A DNA stretch of 64,000 bases from an uncultured Candidatus Competibacteraceae bacterium (GTDB lineage: Bacteria > Bacteroidota > Bacteroidia > CAIKAF01), in assembly GCA_964599915.1 (NCBI GenBank), contig CAZRHR010000003.1, forward strand, positions 1,478-65,477, given 5' to 3'. The notes beneath the pieces were generated by a model. The model saw nothing but the letters and a program-made list of their open reading frames with translations, did not search any database and was not told where the DNA came from. Position numbers and translations under genes: made by a program. Position 1 is the first letter of the stretch; the number at the start of each line of letters is the position of its first letter. Shown here piece by piece: positions 1 to 8,369 of the stretch.

Positions 1-1344
1 ATGAATATATTTCACAAAATTCTGATAATGAATAAAGTATTTATTGTCCTAGCGGTGTTGTTTGGTTTTTCAAGCCTTTCAGGTCAAAACCAAGCCCTCT
101 TTGCCCCTGATAGTGCAAAAAATTACCCACGACCGGGCGCAACAGGATCATATACCATCACCAATCCTTTGAACCACAATGGCACCCAGTTTGGAAATCC
201 ACCGATGACCATGAATTGCACCTTTAATTGCGTGGCCAATGATTTGTTTTTGTATGATTTAGGAATCAGTTTGCCCCCTACAGCCGTGATTACCGGAGCG
301 GAAGTGATTCATAGCCGCGGTGCCTGCAACAGTGGTTCCTACATGATTGATTCCATTTTCCTGGGATTCCTGGGAGCTCCTTTGGGACAAGCCAAAAGAG
401 ATTCCGCCAGCTTAACCATGACCGATACGCTAGGAAGTCCAAATGATGGTTGGGGCGCCGGATTGACTCCTGCGATGGTGAATGATCCACAGTTTGGTAT
501 TTTAATTCGAAGCACGGGTACGGGCGTTTGTACCTACGCGCCATGGAATGTCCAATTGATTTTACATTACGATTGCGCCCCCGGACAAGCCCTTGGCCTG
601 ATTCCGGATAGCGTTCAAAATATCCCACGGCCCGGTGCAAATGGAAGCTATTCTTTGACCAACCCGCTCACCCACAATGGAAATCAATTTGACAATCCAC
701 CCACCACGGTCATGTGTGCCGTCAACTGTGTGGCGGATCATTTGTATTTCAAAGACTTTGGGTTTTCCATTCCCAGTGGTGCCCAAATCACCGGTGTGGT
801 CATTCAAAAAACCAGCGGCGCGTGCAACCAAGGTTCTTTTATGACGGATACGTTGCAACTGGCTTACCAAGGAAATGTGCTTGGACAAGTAAAAAGAGAT
901 AGTTCAGGCCTTTTTTACACTTCCATTTTTGGCGCTACCAACGATACCTGGGGCGCAGCGCTCACGCCCGCCATGGTCAACGACCCTAGCTTTGGGGTTT
1001 TTGTGACCAGTACCTCACAAGGCGTTTGCACCTATCTACAAACCGATTTGCGCATGGATGTCCATTATTGTTTGACCCCCATGAGCATCACGGAACCTGA
1101 AGAAATCCTGGATTTCCAAGTGTTTCCTAATCCCGCTTCGGACCACGTGACGCTTACGCATTATGGCCAGCAGTTTTCAACCTACACCCTTCATGATATG
1201 CATGGAAGATTGGTTCATCAAGGAAATTTGGCACCCGAAAAAACAACTTTTTCCGTCCGTCATTTTCCCGTTGGCTTTTATGTCCTTACCATGGAAGGCT
1301 CTTCAATACAGGTGGCCAAGGTGTGGATACAAGGCAGTCATTAG
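1..1344 (+). CDS. Secreted T9SS cargo protein with an internal tandem duplication of a ~190 aa Cys-containing domain and a C-terminal T9SS type A sorting domain
   Basis: N-terminal signal peptide (MNKVFIVLAVLFGFSSLSGQ). Two homologous repeats (NYPRPGATGSYTITNPL...TFNCVAND / NIPRPGANGSYSLTNPL...AVNCVADH). The C-terminus (FQVFPNPASDHVTLT...GFYVLTMEG) matches the Por secretion C-terminal domain pattern. Confidence 0.6.
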   Translation: MNIFHKILIMNKVFIVLAVLFGFSSLSGQNQALFAPDSAKNYPRPGATGSYTITNPLNHNGTQFGNPPMTMNCTFNCVANDLFLYDLGISLPPTAVITGAEVIHSRGACNSGSYMIDSIFLGFLGAPLGQAKRDSASLTMTDTLGSPNDGWGAGLTPAMVNDPQFGILIRSTGTGVCTYAPWNVQLILHYDCAPGQALGLIPDSVQNIPRPGANGSYSLTNPLTHNGNQFDNPPTTVMCAVNCVADHLYFKDFGFSIPSGAQITGVVIQKTSGACNQGSFMTDTLQLAYQGNVLGQVKRDSSGLFYTSIFGATNDTWGAALTPAMVNDPSFGVFVTSTSQGVCTYLQTDLRMDVHYCLTPMSITEPEEILDFQVFPNPASDHVTLTHYGQQFSTYTLHDMHGRLVHQGNLAPEKTTFSVRHFPVGFYVLTMEGSSIQVAKVWIQGSH

Positions 1345-1435
1345 GAGCGTGCCTCAATAATTTATCTTAAAATTAAAGCAAATTAACCATCGTTTTTTTC
1401 TTTGTGTAAACGTTACAACGGATAAATAACCAATT

Positions 1436-2320
1436 TTGAATGCCATGATTGGATTCAATAAAGTTGTTTATTCAGATACAGAGGGGAATGCCATTCGTCT
1501 TTCGAAGGTCCAAAAAATGGAAGGCGAAATTGCTTTCCGGGGTGTGGCCATCAAAGCCGTGTTTTCGGGACTTGAGACCTACCATTTTTCGGGAAAAAAT
1601 TTTCAGGTCTGCTCAGAAAGTTACCTTATTGGCAATACCTATCATCGGGCGGACATTTCGATTCAGGGCCCAGATGTTACTTCCGGTATTTGTATCGATT
1701 GTTCACCGGCACTCCTCATGGAAGTGGGAAAAGGGTTGGGGTTGTCCGAGGAAAGTATTGAACAACGTTTACTTTCTTATGATTTTGTGGTCAACACGCA
1801 GCCCATGGCTCATGCGCATCTTGGGGCATTGTTGCGCGGGCTGCCCCTTCATTTTCGTCAGATTTCCCCTGAATCTCGCCCGGCAGAAGACCTGATGGCA
1901 GACATTGCCCAAGCCGTTATTTTGGACCAAACCTGGGTGCAAAAATCTGCCGAATCACTTCGTCTGAAGCGGCGGGCCACTTTAGATGCTGTTTTCCCAC
2001 AATTGCTTCAGGCCAGGTCGTATTTAATGGACCATATAGAAAATCCACAACACATAGACTTGAAAAAATTGGCCCAACAAGCCGGACTTTCTCCTTTTCA
2101 TTTTCTCCGATTGTTTAAACAAGCTTTTGGGGTACCACCCATGCAGTTTTTTCTGGAGCAAAGGTTAGAAGCGGCTTATGCCTCATTAAAGTCGGGTAAA
2201 AAAGCCATCGATGTGGGCCATACCTATGGGTTCACAGATGGCGCCTCTTTCCATAAAGCGTTTAAAAAGAAATTTGGTTTTACCCCAGGAAAAGCCGCGA
2301 AGCAAAAAAGCAATTTTTGA
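1436..2320 (+). CDS. AraC family transcriptional regulator
   Basis: C-terminal tandem HTH typical of AraC/XylS (LAQQAGLSPFHFLRLFKQAFGVPPMQF...GFTDGASFHKAFKKKFGFTPGK). Confidence 0.8.
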   Translation: MNAMIGFNKVVYSDTEGNAIRLSKVQKMEGEIAFRGVAIKAVFSGLETYHFSGKNFQVCSESYLIGNTYHRADISIQGPDVTSGICIDCSPALLMEVGKGLGLSEESIEQRLLSYDFVVNTQPMAHAHLGALLRGLPLHFRQISPESRPAEDLMADIAQAVILDQTWVQKSAESLRLKRRATLDAVFPQLLQARSYLMDHIENPQHIDLKKLAQQAGLSPFHFLRLFKQAFGVPPMQFFLEQRLEAAYASLKSGKKAIDVGHTYGFTDGASFHKAFKKKFGFTPGKAAKQKSNF

Positions 2321-2364
2321 CAAGATTCTTTTGGGCGGTCTTAGGTTCTTTGCATAACCAAGTT

Positions 2365-3489
2365 ATGGACATGCAACCGACACTTACCACTTACCTGTTC
2401 AAGGTTTCTCGCCGTACCCACCTGCTTCGTTTGGTCCTTCGCCAAACTTTGGTTTATGGTTGGCTTTTATTTGTTGTGATGGCCTCAGGCATGCAAGCCC
2501 AACAATGGCAGCTTTTGTCCACCGAAGCGTATCCGGGCAAACAAGATGACATTTGGTTTGTAGATGAGCAATTTGGCTGGTACGTCAATGGAGACGGAAA
2601 ATTATTTGCCACAGAAGATGGAGGGCAAACCTGGACCTTACGCTACCGCCAGAAAGGCACTTTTTTCCGTTGCTTAGCATTTATCGACAGGAATCACGGA
2701 TTTATTGGGAATGTGGGCACAGATTATTTCCCCGGCGTCAAAGACACCATTCCGCTCTACGAAACCAAGGATGGAGGGTATACTTGGGCACCTGTTAATT
2801 ATAAAGGACCTTATGTAAAAGGACTTTGTGCCATCACCCTTGTGCGTGAGCCCTATATTCAACATGGCGTTTTGGGAGAAAAAGTCTATCTCTATGGCGT
2901 TGGAAGGGTTGGTGGTCCCGGAAATCTGATGGTTTCTTTAGATGGGGGAGCATCCTGGGAATCTCGCCCGGTTCCCGAAGCAGGAATGATGTTCGATATT
3001 CACATGTTCAATGCAAAAGAGGGCGTAGTTTGTAGTTCTAATCACGCTGATGTAACCCAGGCCAAGGGGCAAATGTTGGCTACCAAAGACGGCGGGCAAA
3101 CATGGGAAGTAACCTATTTGTCTGAACGAAACATGGAAACCGTTTGGAAAGTGCATTTTCCAACGCCACACATTGGGTACGGTGCCGTACAGTCGTATGA
3201 CCCTGCCAATACCAAACAACGCTTCATCAAAACCACGGACGGTGGAAAAACATGGAAGGAGTTTGTATTTCTCGAAGAGGCAGCCGCGCGTCCTTTTGGG
3301 ATAGGATTTCTCAATGAAAAGCGCGGATTTATTGGGACGGCCACCGGTGGACACGAAACCAAGGATGGTGGAAAAACCTGGAAACCGGTGATGATAGGCC
3401 GGGCGGCCAATAAAATTCGCTTCTATAAAGATAAAAAAGGAAAAGATTATGGCTTTTCCATTGGTGTTCAAGTGTATTCATGGAAATAA
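2365..3489 (+). CDS. Secreted BNR/Ycf48-like beta-propeller repeat protein
   Basis: Repeated DGGxTW motifs (DGGQTW, DGGYTW, DGGASW, DGGKTW x2). Start chosen at the MDMQ ATG (2365) because the following segment reads as a signal peptide. The ORF could begin at 2317. Confidence 0.6.
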   Translation: MDMQPTLTTYLFKVSRRTHLLRLVLRQTLVYGWLLFVVMASGMQAQQWQLLSTEAYPGKQDDIWFVDEQFGWYVNGDGKLFATEDGGQTWTLRYRQKGTFFRCLAFIDRNHGFIGNVGTDYFPGVKDTIPLYETKDGGYTWAPVNYKGPYVKGLCAITLVREPYIQHGVLGEKVYLYGVGRVGGPGNLMVSLDGGASWESRPVPEAGMMFDIHMFNAKEGVVCSSNHADVTQAKGQMLATKDGGQTWEVTYLSERNMETVWKVHFPTPHIGYGAVQSYDPANTKQRFIKTTDGGKTWKEFVFLEEAAARPFGIGFLNEKRGFIGTATGGHETKDGGKTWKPVMIGRAANKIRFYKDKKGKDYGFSIGVQVYSWK

Positions 3490-3746
3490 CCTATACGATG
3501 ACTAACAATTTCAACCGTATTTTATACATAGGCTTTGTTCTATTGGGTGCGTATTTTGCCATTTTCCAGCAGGATTTTGGCCAAGCGGCTATTCAAGCCG
3601 GAATTGCGCTGGCTTTCGACCCTTTTAATCCTGAACAAAAATGGAATGATCGGCCCATCTGGCAAAGGGCGTGGCTCATCATTCATCTGGGATGCACAGC
3701 CGCTTTGTTTGGTCTCCAAATTGGCCTGCAAGACCGCATTGGATAA
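3480..3746 (+). CDS. Small hypothetical membrane protein (two predicted TM helices)
   Basis: 88 aa ORF with two hydrophobic segments. Its start overlaps the upstream stop by 8 bp. No recognisable family. Confidence 0.3.
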   Translation: MEITYTMTNNFNRILYIGFVLLGAYFAIFQQDFGQAAIQAGIALAFDPFNPEQKWNDRPIWQRAWLIIHLGCTAALFGLQIGLQDRIG

Positions 3747-3791
3747 CCAAATTGTCTTTTAAATAACTCTTGGGAGAAGGGTAGGGGTAGC

Positions 3792-4436
3792 CTAGTCGAG
3801 CAGGGATTGTAAACTTTGTAGTTTTTGCTCCAGCGCTTCTACCCGCGCTTCCAGTTGGATAATTCTTTGTTCCAATGCCGCCTGAGCCGTGGGGTTGGTT
3901 TCGCCCGGTCCATCCGGTTCCTGCCAAACACCTTCCTCACGGTCAAAGAAGGTATGCATATAACGGGCTTCCTTTTGTCCCGGCTTTTTCGCCAACACAC
4001 GCACCATGGGGCTTTCATGACTTCTCAATCCCTCAAGGGTGGAAAGCACTTCCTGCACATCCGCGAAATCGTAAATTCTGCCACTCATGCTATTGATTTC
4101 TCCGGGCGTAAGTGGACCACGCAAAAGCAATAAACATAAGGCCGCATGCGCAGGGGTGTCAATGCCCAAGGCATACGCTGTGGTATGTCTGTATTTTATG
4201 GAACGACTTCCGCCTCCCACCACATGGGCCACCAAACCTAATTTTTTCAAACGGTCCAAACCTTCTTGCACCTCCGTTTCCTCCAATTGCATGATGGGAT
4301 GTCGAGAGGTTTTTTGATTGCACGCTGTGGTTGCCGCATTTAAAGTCAGGGGATAATATTCAGGGGTCGTTTTCTCTTTTTCCATGAGCACGCCCAAGAC
4401 CCGGGCTTCTATGTCATCTAGTTTTAGCATGTCCAA
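3792..4436 (-). CDS. yceH: YceH/DUF480 (UPF0502) family protein
   Basis: Collinear similarity to E. coli YceH: LDxxEARVLGxLMEKExTTPExYPLxLNAxxxACNQKTxR...PGQKEARYMHxF and the C-terminal coiled-coil LEARVEALEQKLQSL. Confidence 0.75.
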   Translation of the reverse strand: MDMLKLDDIEARVLGVLMEKEKTTPEYYPLTLNAATTACNQKTSRHPIMQLEETEVQEGLDRLKKLGLVAHVVGGGSRSIKYRHTTAYALGIDTPAHAALCLLLLRGPLTPGEINSMSGRIYDFADVQEVLSTLEGLRSHESPMVRVLAKKPGQKEARYMHTFFDREEGVWQEPDGPGETNPTAQAALEQRIIQLEARVEALEQKLQSLQSLLD

Positions 4437-4861
4437 AAATACAATTAATCATTTTCAGAAAAATCAGGTTGGGCTTTAAATACCATAAGGGCGCACGTCT
4501 TTAAGCCTTTTCATCACATGAGATGCATCCTTTTCTTGATGCAAACTTGCGAAACGTACTCAGGTTCTTTGTGTTGCACTTGGGTATTTGGGCTTTTAAT
4601 CCTTCTCCAAGAACCTAGCGTCAATCCCTTCGGCCGTCAGGTTAATGTTTTACGGCGGTGAGCGTAAATCAAAACTTTAAACCATTCATCAACGCCAGAC
4701 TTTTTCTTAATACGTCAAGCTTGATCTACATTACATATTGATTTTATGTACTTTATGTTTTATTGATTATCCCTCAGCCCATTTCAATGTAACATGAATG
4801 GGTCAAATGGATTTGCTTCTACCCATCTTTTTTGTATGTTTGCCGCATCTGGTGTTGGCGC

Positions 4862-5015
4862 GGAATCTCTCCGGCGTCAATGAAAAGGGAAGGGTGTGAG
4901 ATTCACCCACTGTCCCCGCAACTGTAAGTTCCGAAAAGGACCAGCCTTATCTGCCACTGTGCAAACGGGAAGGCGCTGCGTCTGGAACAAGTCAGGAGAC
5001 CTGCCAGATAAAATT
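4862..5015 (+). promoter_or_regulatory. Cobalamin (AdoCbl) riboswitch in the 5' leader of the btuB-like gene
   Basis: Conserved core AAAAGGGAAGGGTGTGAGATTCACCCACTGTCCCCGCAACTGTAAG plus the B12 box AAGTCAGGAGACCTGCC. It lies about 45 nt before the TonB-dependent receptor start. Confidence 0.8.
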
Positions 5016-5059
5016 GGGGAGCTTGACTTCGGGGATTGAGTCATGGCCTTGTATTGGTT

Positions 5060-6973
5060 ATGAAAGCATTATGCTGGATGTTTGGCCTATACGGATGTGT
5101 AGGTTCATGGTTATGGTCACAGTCGGTACCGGTACTTTTACCTGAAAAAAGTATCACCGGCTCTCGTTTCCATTCGCCCATTGGAGTAAAAGACACTTCC
5201 CTTTGGGGACATGCCTTTACGCACGCTTGGGGACAAGGTCTTGGGGCAGAACTGGCCAGAGAAACAGGAGCTTATTTGCGCCTTCAAGCGCCCGGACTTT
5301 TAGGTAGTTTTTCTTTTCGTGGCGCAGGTCCGGAACGCACCTTGGTGGTATGGAATGGCATTCCGGTGAATGGTTGGACCACCGGACAAGCCGATGTGAA
5401 CCTTTTTGCCCTCACGCCCATGAGCCGTATTCAATTTGCCGGCGGGGCCGCCACCACCGAATGGGGTTCCGGTGCCGTTGGGGCTGTGATTAATATTGAC
5501 CCATTTTCTCGTTTTGGTGAAGAAACCACCTGGGGAATCCAAACCCAATGGGGAAGTTTTGGACAAAAAAACACCACTGCCTACGCCTATTTCGGAAAAA
5601 AAAGCTGGCGCTTTCACTTCAGCGGACATCTGGGTCATGCCCAGAATAATTTCGCTTTCCGAAACCTGGCTTTACCCCAACAACCCACCCAAGAAACCCA
5701 ACACGCCTCGGTTTTGCAGGGTGGTGCCCAATGGCGCTTGGCCAAAGATGTTGCCCGCGGAACGTTTACCTACACCGGCGCTTACCATTATGCCAAACGG
5801 GAAATTCCTGCCGTTATGGGTGCCGCATGGAACCAGGCCGTGCAAATGGATGCCTCTCTGCGTCAGGTCCTGCAAGGACATTATCGGGTGTCCCGACAAC
5901 TCAAAATTCATGGATTACTGGGTTACACCATGGATCGGTTGGATTATACAGACGCATCGGTTGTTAGCCCAAGTACCGTCCACACCGCTCATGCCCAAGG
6001 GTCTGTAGATTGGAAACCCAATGCCAAATGGACCTGGCGCACAGGATTGGAACTCCAAAGCATGTTGGCCCAATTGGCCAATTATAACCAAGGAAACGCT
6101 AACGAAACCCGGTTCGCTTTGCACAGCAGTTTGAGGTACAAAGGCTGGATAGAAGGCGAAGTGCAAGTAAGACAGCCTTGGGTGACAGGATTTACGACCC
6201 GGCCCGTCGCCAGCCTTGGACTGCAAAAGAAATTTTTTGTCGCTCCTGACCATCGGTTAAGTGTACACGGGCAAGCGGCCACCCATTTTAGAATCCCTAC
6301 CTTGAATGATAGGTTTTGGACACCCGGTGGAAACCCTGCATTGCGCCCCGAAACAGGCTGGCAAACAGAATTGGGCATGACCTGGGAATTTGGTCCGGGT
6401 GCATGGAAACAAACCTTCCAAGCGCAAGGGTATTACAGCCGAATCGATGATTTTATTCGGTGGATTCCCACCAATTCAGGTTATTGGTCCCCGGAAAACA
6501 TCACCCAAGTGGGGTTGTATGGCTTGGAATTGCATACCAACACCCAGTGGAAATGGCGGAAAATGTCCTTCAACATCCACGCCCGTGGCCAATGGAACAG
6601 AACCGAAGACCGGGCCCAAAATGACCGGGCGCTTCCTTACACGCCAGAATTTACAGCCTTTACAGGTTTTCACATGAAATGGAAAACTTTGGAATGGTCG
6701 GTGCAATGCGAAGCTTACAGCCTTCGGTACACCCAAGCCGATTTACAACATCAATTGCCGGCCTTCGCCCTTGTCCATACCATGATAAAAGGCGAATGGA
6801 AGAAAAAAAGATGGGCCTGGTCTCCTTTTATTCGGGTAGAAAACCTCACCCAAACCCAATACCAATGGTTGCGAAATCGCCCCATGCCGGGGCAAACTTT
6901 CCTCATGGGCTTGCAGCTGTCCTGGTTGCATGCGCGCCCCAGAGAAGTGGAAATCATTGGCCAAACCAAGTAA
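5060..6973 (+). CDS. btuB: TonB-dependent outer membrane receptor, vitamin B12 transporter BtuB-like
   Basis: Signal peptide, TonB box/plug region (FRGAGPERTLVVWNGIPVN), then a long beta-barrel region rich in aromatic/Gly alternation. Sits directly downstream of a cobalamin riboswitch. The ORF track starts at TTG 5036; the ATG at 5060 (MKALCWMFGLYG...) is the more likely start. Confidence 0.75.
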   Translation: MKALCWMFGLYGCVGSWLWSQSVPVLLPEKSITGSRFHSPIGVKDTSLWGHAFTHAWGQGLGAELARETGAYLRLQAPGLLGSFSFRGAGPERTLVVWNGIPVNGWTTGQADVNLFALTPMSRIQFAGGAATTEWGSGAVGAVINIDPFSRFGEETTWGIQTQWGSFGQKNTTAYAYFGKKSWRFHFSGHLGHAQNNFAFRNLALPQQPTQETQHASVLQGGAQWRLAKDVARGTFTYTGAYHYAKREIPAVMGAAWNQAVQMDASLRQVLQGHYRVSRQLKIHGLLGYTMDRLDYTDASVVSPSTVHTAHAQGSVDWKPNAKWTWRTGLELQSMLAQLANYNQGNANETRFALHSSLRYKGWIEGEVQVRQPWVTGFTTRPVASLGLQKKFFVAPDHRLSVHGQAATHFRIPTLNDRFWTPGGNPALRPETGWQTELGMTWEFGPGAWKQTFQAQGYYSRIDDFIRWIPTNSGYWSPENITQVGLYGLELHTNTQWKWRKMSFNIHARGQWNRTEDRAQNDRALPYTPEFTAFTGFHMKWKTLEWSVQCEAYSLRYTQADLQHQLPAFALVHTMIKGEWKKKRWAWSPFIRVENLTQTQYQWLRNRPMPGQTFLMGLQLSWLHARPREVEIIGQTK

Positions 6974-6992
6974 TTTTTTTATTCAAATAGAT

Positions 6993-8048
6993 ATGTTAAA
7001 CACTAGATTTTCCGGATTAACCGGGCTGATTCTTTTATCCATCCTTACTTTTTCTTCCTGTGCACCGGAAGAAAACACCCCCACCGGTGCCTATGCCGAA
7101 GGTGTTTTTTTCATCAATGAAGGCTCTTTTGGACAGGGCAATGGCTCCATCACCCATTTGAATCCGACCACCCAAACGCTTACCCAAGACATTATTGGCG
7201 CGGCAAACAATGGTTTAATCACCGGAGATATTGTTCAAGATTTACAATTTTCCACCACCAAAGCCTTTGTAGTGGTCAACAATGGAAACCGGATTTTGGT
7301 ACTTGAAAAGGGCAGTTTTGTTTTAGATACCATCCTGACCAGTCGGCCTTTGCCACGATATCTCTTTCTGGACCAAGGCACCGCTTACCTGACCCAATGG
7401 GTAAGTTTCGGCGCACCCGGCAACCTCGTGAAGATCAATTTATCCGATTATTCCATGACCGATTCCATTGTTTTAGGCGAACTCCCTGAACAAATGCTGC
7501 CCATGGGCAATGATCTATGGGTGATCAACAGCAACGAAGAAGGCGACAAAGGATGTATGCGCATTCAACGCAATCCATTGCAAATGTTAAGTCAAACCGA
7601 TGTGGGCGACCGACCCAACAGCATGGTAAAAGACGAGCAGGGGAGGGTTTGGATTTTAGCAGGCGGCCGACCTTCATGGGCCGGAAGTCCAACACCGGGA
7701 AGCCTTAGCCGCATGAATGCCGATGGCACCGTCGCTTTTACCTTGACCCTTCCCGATTCATTGGGTAATCCCACCCGATTGACATGGTTAGGGAACAGCC
7801 GCGTTGGATTTCTCGCCAACCAAGGCGTGTACACCTACAACATAAACGAAGCCAATGCCAGCTTTGACCTTCTTATCCCCGGCATAGGCTACGGATTGGC
7901 CGCCCATCCCGGCTCCGGACAAATCTATGTAACCGATGCCGGAAATTTTTCACAGGCCGGCACCGTAAAACTGTACAATGCCCAAGGACAATTCCAACAA
8001 AGTTGGACCGCCGGCGTAGGCGTAAGTCAAGTCATTTTTCAACCCTAA
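6993..8048 (+). CDS. Surface lipoprotein, putative B12-binding BtuG-like beta-propeller (YncE-like)
   Basis: Lipoprotein signal with lipobox (LSILTFSSC). Repetitive beta-rich sequence. Sits immediately downstream of riboswitch-controlled btuB, as in the Bacteroidetes btuB-btuG arrangement. Assignment rests on context and composition only. Confidence 0.5.
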   Translation: MLNTRFSGLTGLILLSILTFSSCAPEENTPTGAYAEGVFFINEGSFGQGNGSITHLNPTTQTLTQDIIGAANNGLITGDIVQDLQFSTTKAFVVVNNGNRILVLEKGSFVLDTILTSRPLPRYLFLDQGTAYLTQWVSFGAPGNLVKINLSDYSMTDSIVLGELPEQMLPMGNDLWVINSNEEGDKGCMRIQRNPLQMLSQTDVGDRPNSMVKDEQGRVWILAGGRPSWAGSPTPGSLSRMNADGTVAFTLTLPDSLGNPTRLTWLGNSRVGFLANQGVYTYNINEANASFDLLIPGIGYGLAAHPGSGQIYVTDAGNFSQAGTVKLYNAQGQFQQSWTAGVGVSQVIFQP

Positions 8049-8250
8049 CATAGAACAGGTGGTGCGCGTGTTGAGATTTTGGGGCGCTCATCCGGCCCTT
8101 GTCTCAACGCTGCTTGCCATGACTCACGGCACGCCAAGGGCATACGGGGTCTGCGGGAGAACCCGCAGCCTCCGTCTCCCAGGCGTGCCGGAGCATGGCG
8201 GCACATCGTACCGCCGCGGTCCGGGCGCCACCATCCATCAAGTTTTTTGA
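8049..8250 (+). ncRNA. Candidate structured RNA of unknown class (GC-rich ~200 nt element with closing helix; 6S-like long irregular hairpin is possible)
   Basis: About 62% GC against ~49% background. The terminal helix GGTGGTGCGC pairs with GCGCCACC. Nested helices include GCCATG/CATGGC, GGCACGCC/GGCGTGCC and CTGCGGG-AGA-CCCGCAG. It is followed by T-rich sequence and an intrinsic terminator at 8258-8290. Overlapping ORFs are Arg/Pro-rich with no coding signal. Confidence 0.3.
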
Positions 8251-8257
8251 ACAAATG

Positions 8258-8290
8258 AAGCCAACCTACACGTTGGCTTTTATCTTTTTA
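8258..8290 (+). terminator. Rho-independent terminator
   Basis: Hairpin AAGCCAAC-CTACAC-GTTGGCTT followed by TTTATCTTTTT. Confidence 0.55.
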
Positions 8291-8369
8291 TGACCCACAA
8301 TTACGTAACATCTATGCGCATAAAGTCAGATTTTTTCCGTAACATTAACAAGATTTTCATACCCCTTGT

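Noticed and set aside
1449-1895. 148-aa ORF overlapping the AraC regulator in another frame
   Set aside because: Fully embedded in a well-supported CDS. The sequence is basic and low-complexity.
5036-5059. TTG start of the btuB-like ORF as given in the ORF track
   Set aside because: The in-frame ATG at 5060 begins a plausible signal peptide (MKALCWMFGLYG...). The TTG extension would overlap the riboswitch expression platform.
8045-8254. ORFs 8045-8254 (-) and 8059-8250 (+) inside the GC-rich element
   Set aside because: Arg/Pro/Gly-rich low-complexity translations typical of GC-rich noncoding DNA. The region folds as RNA and is followed by a terminator.
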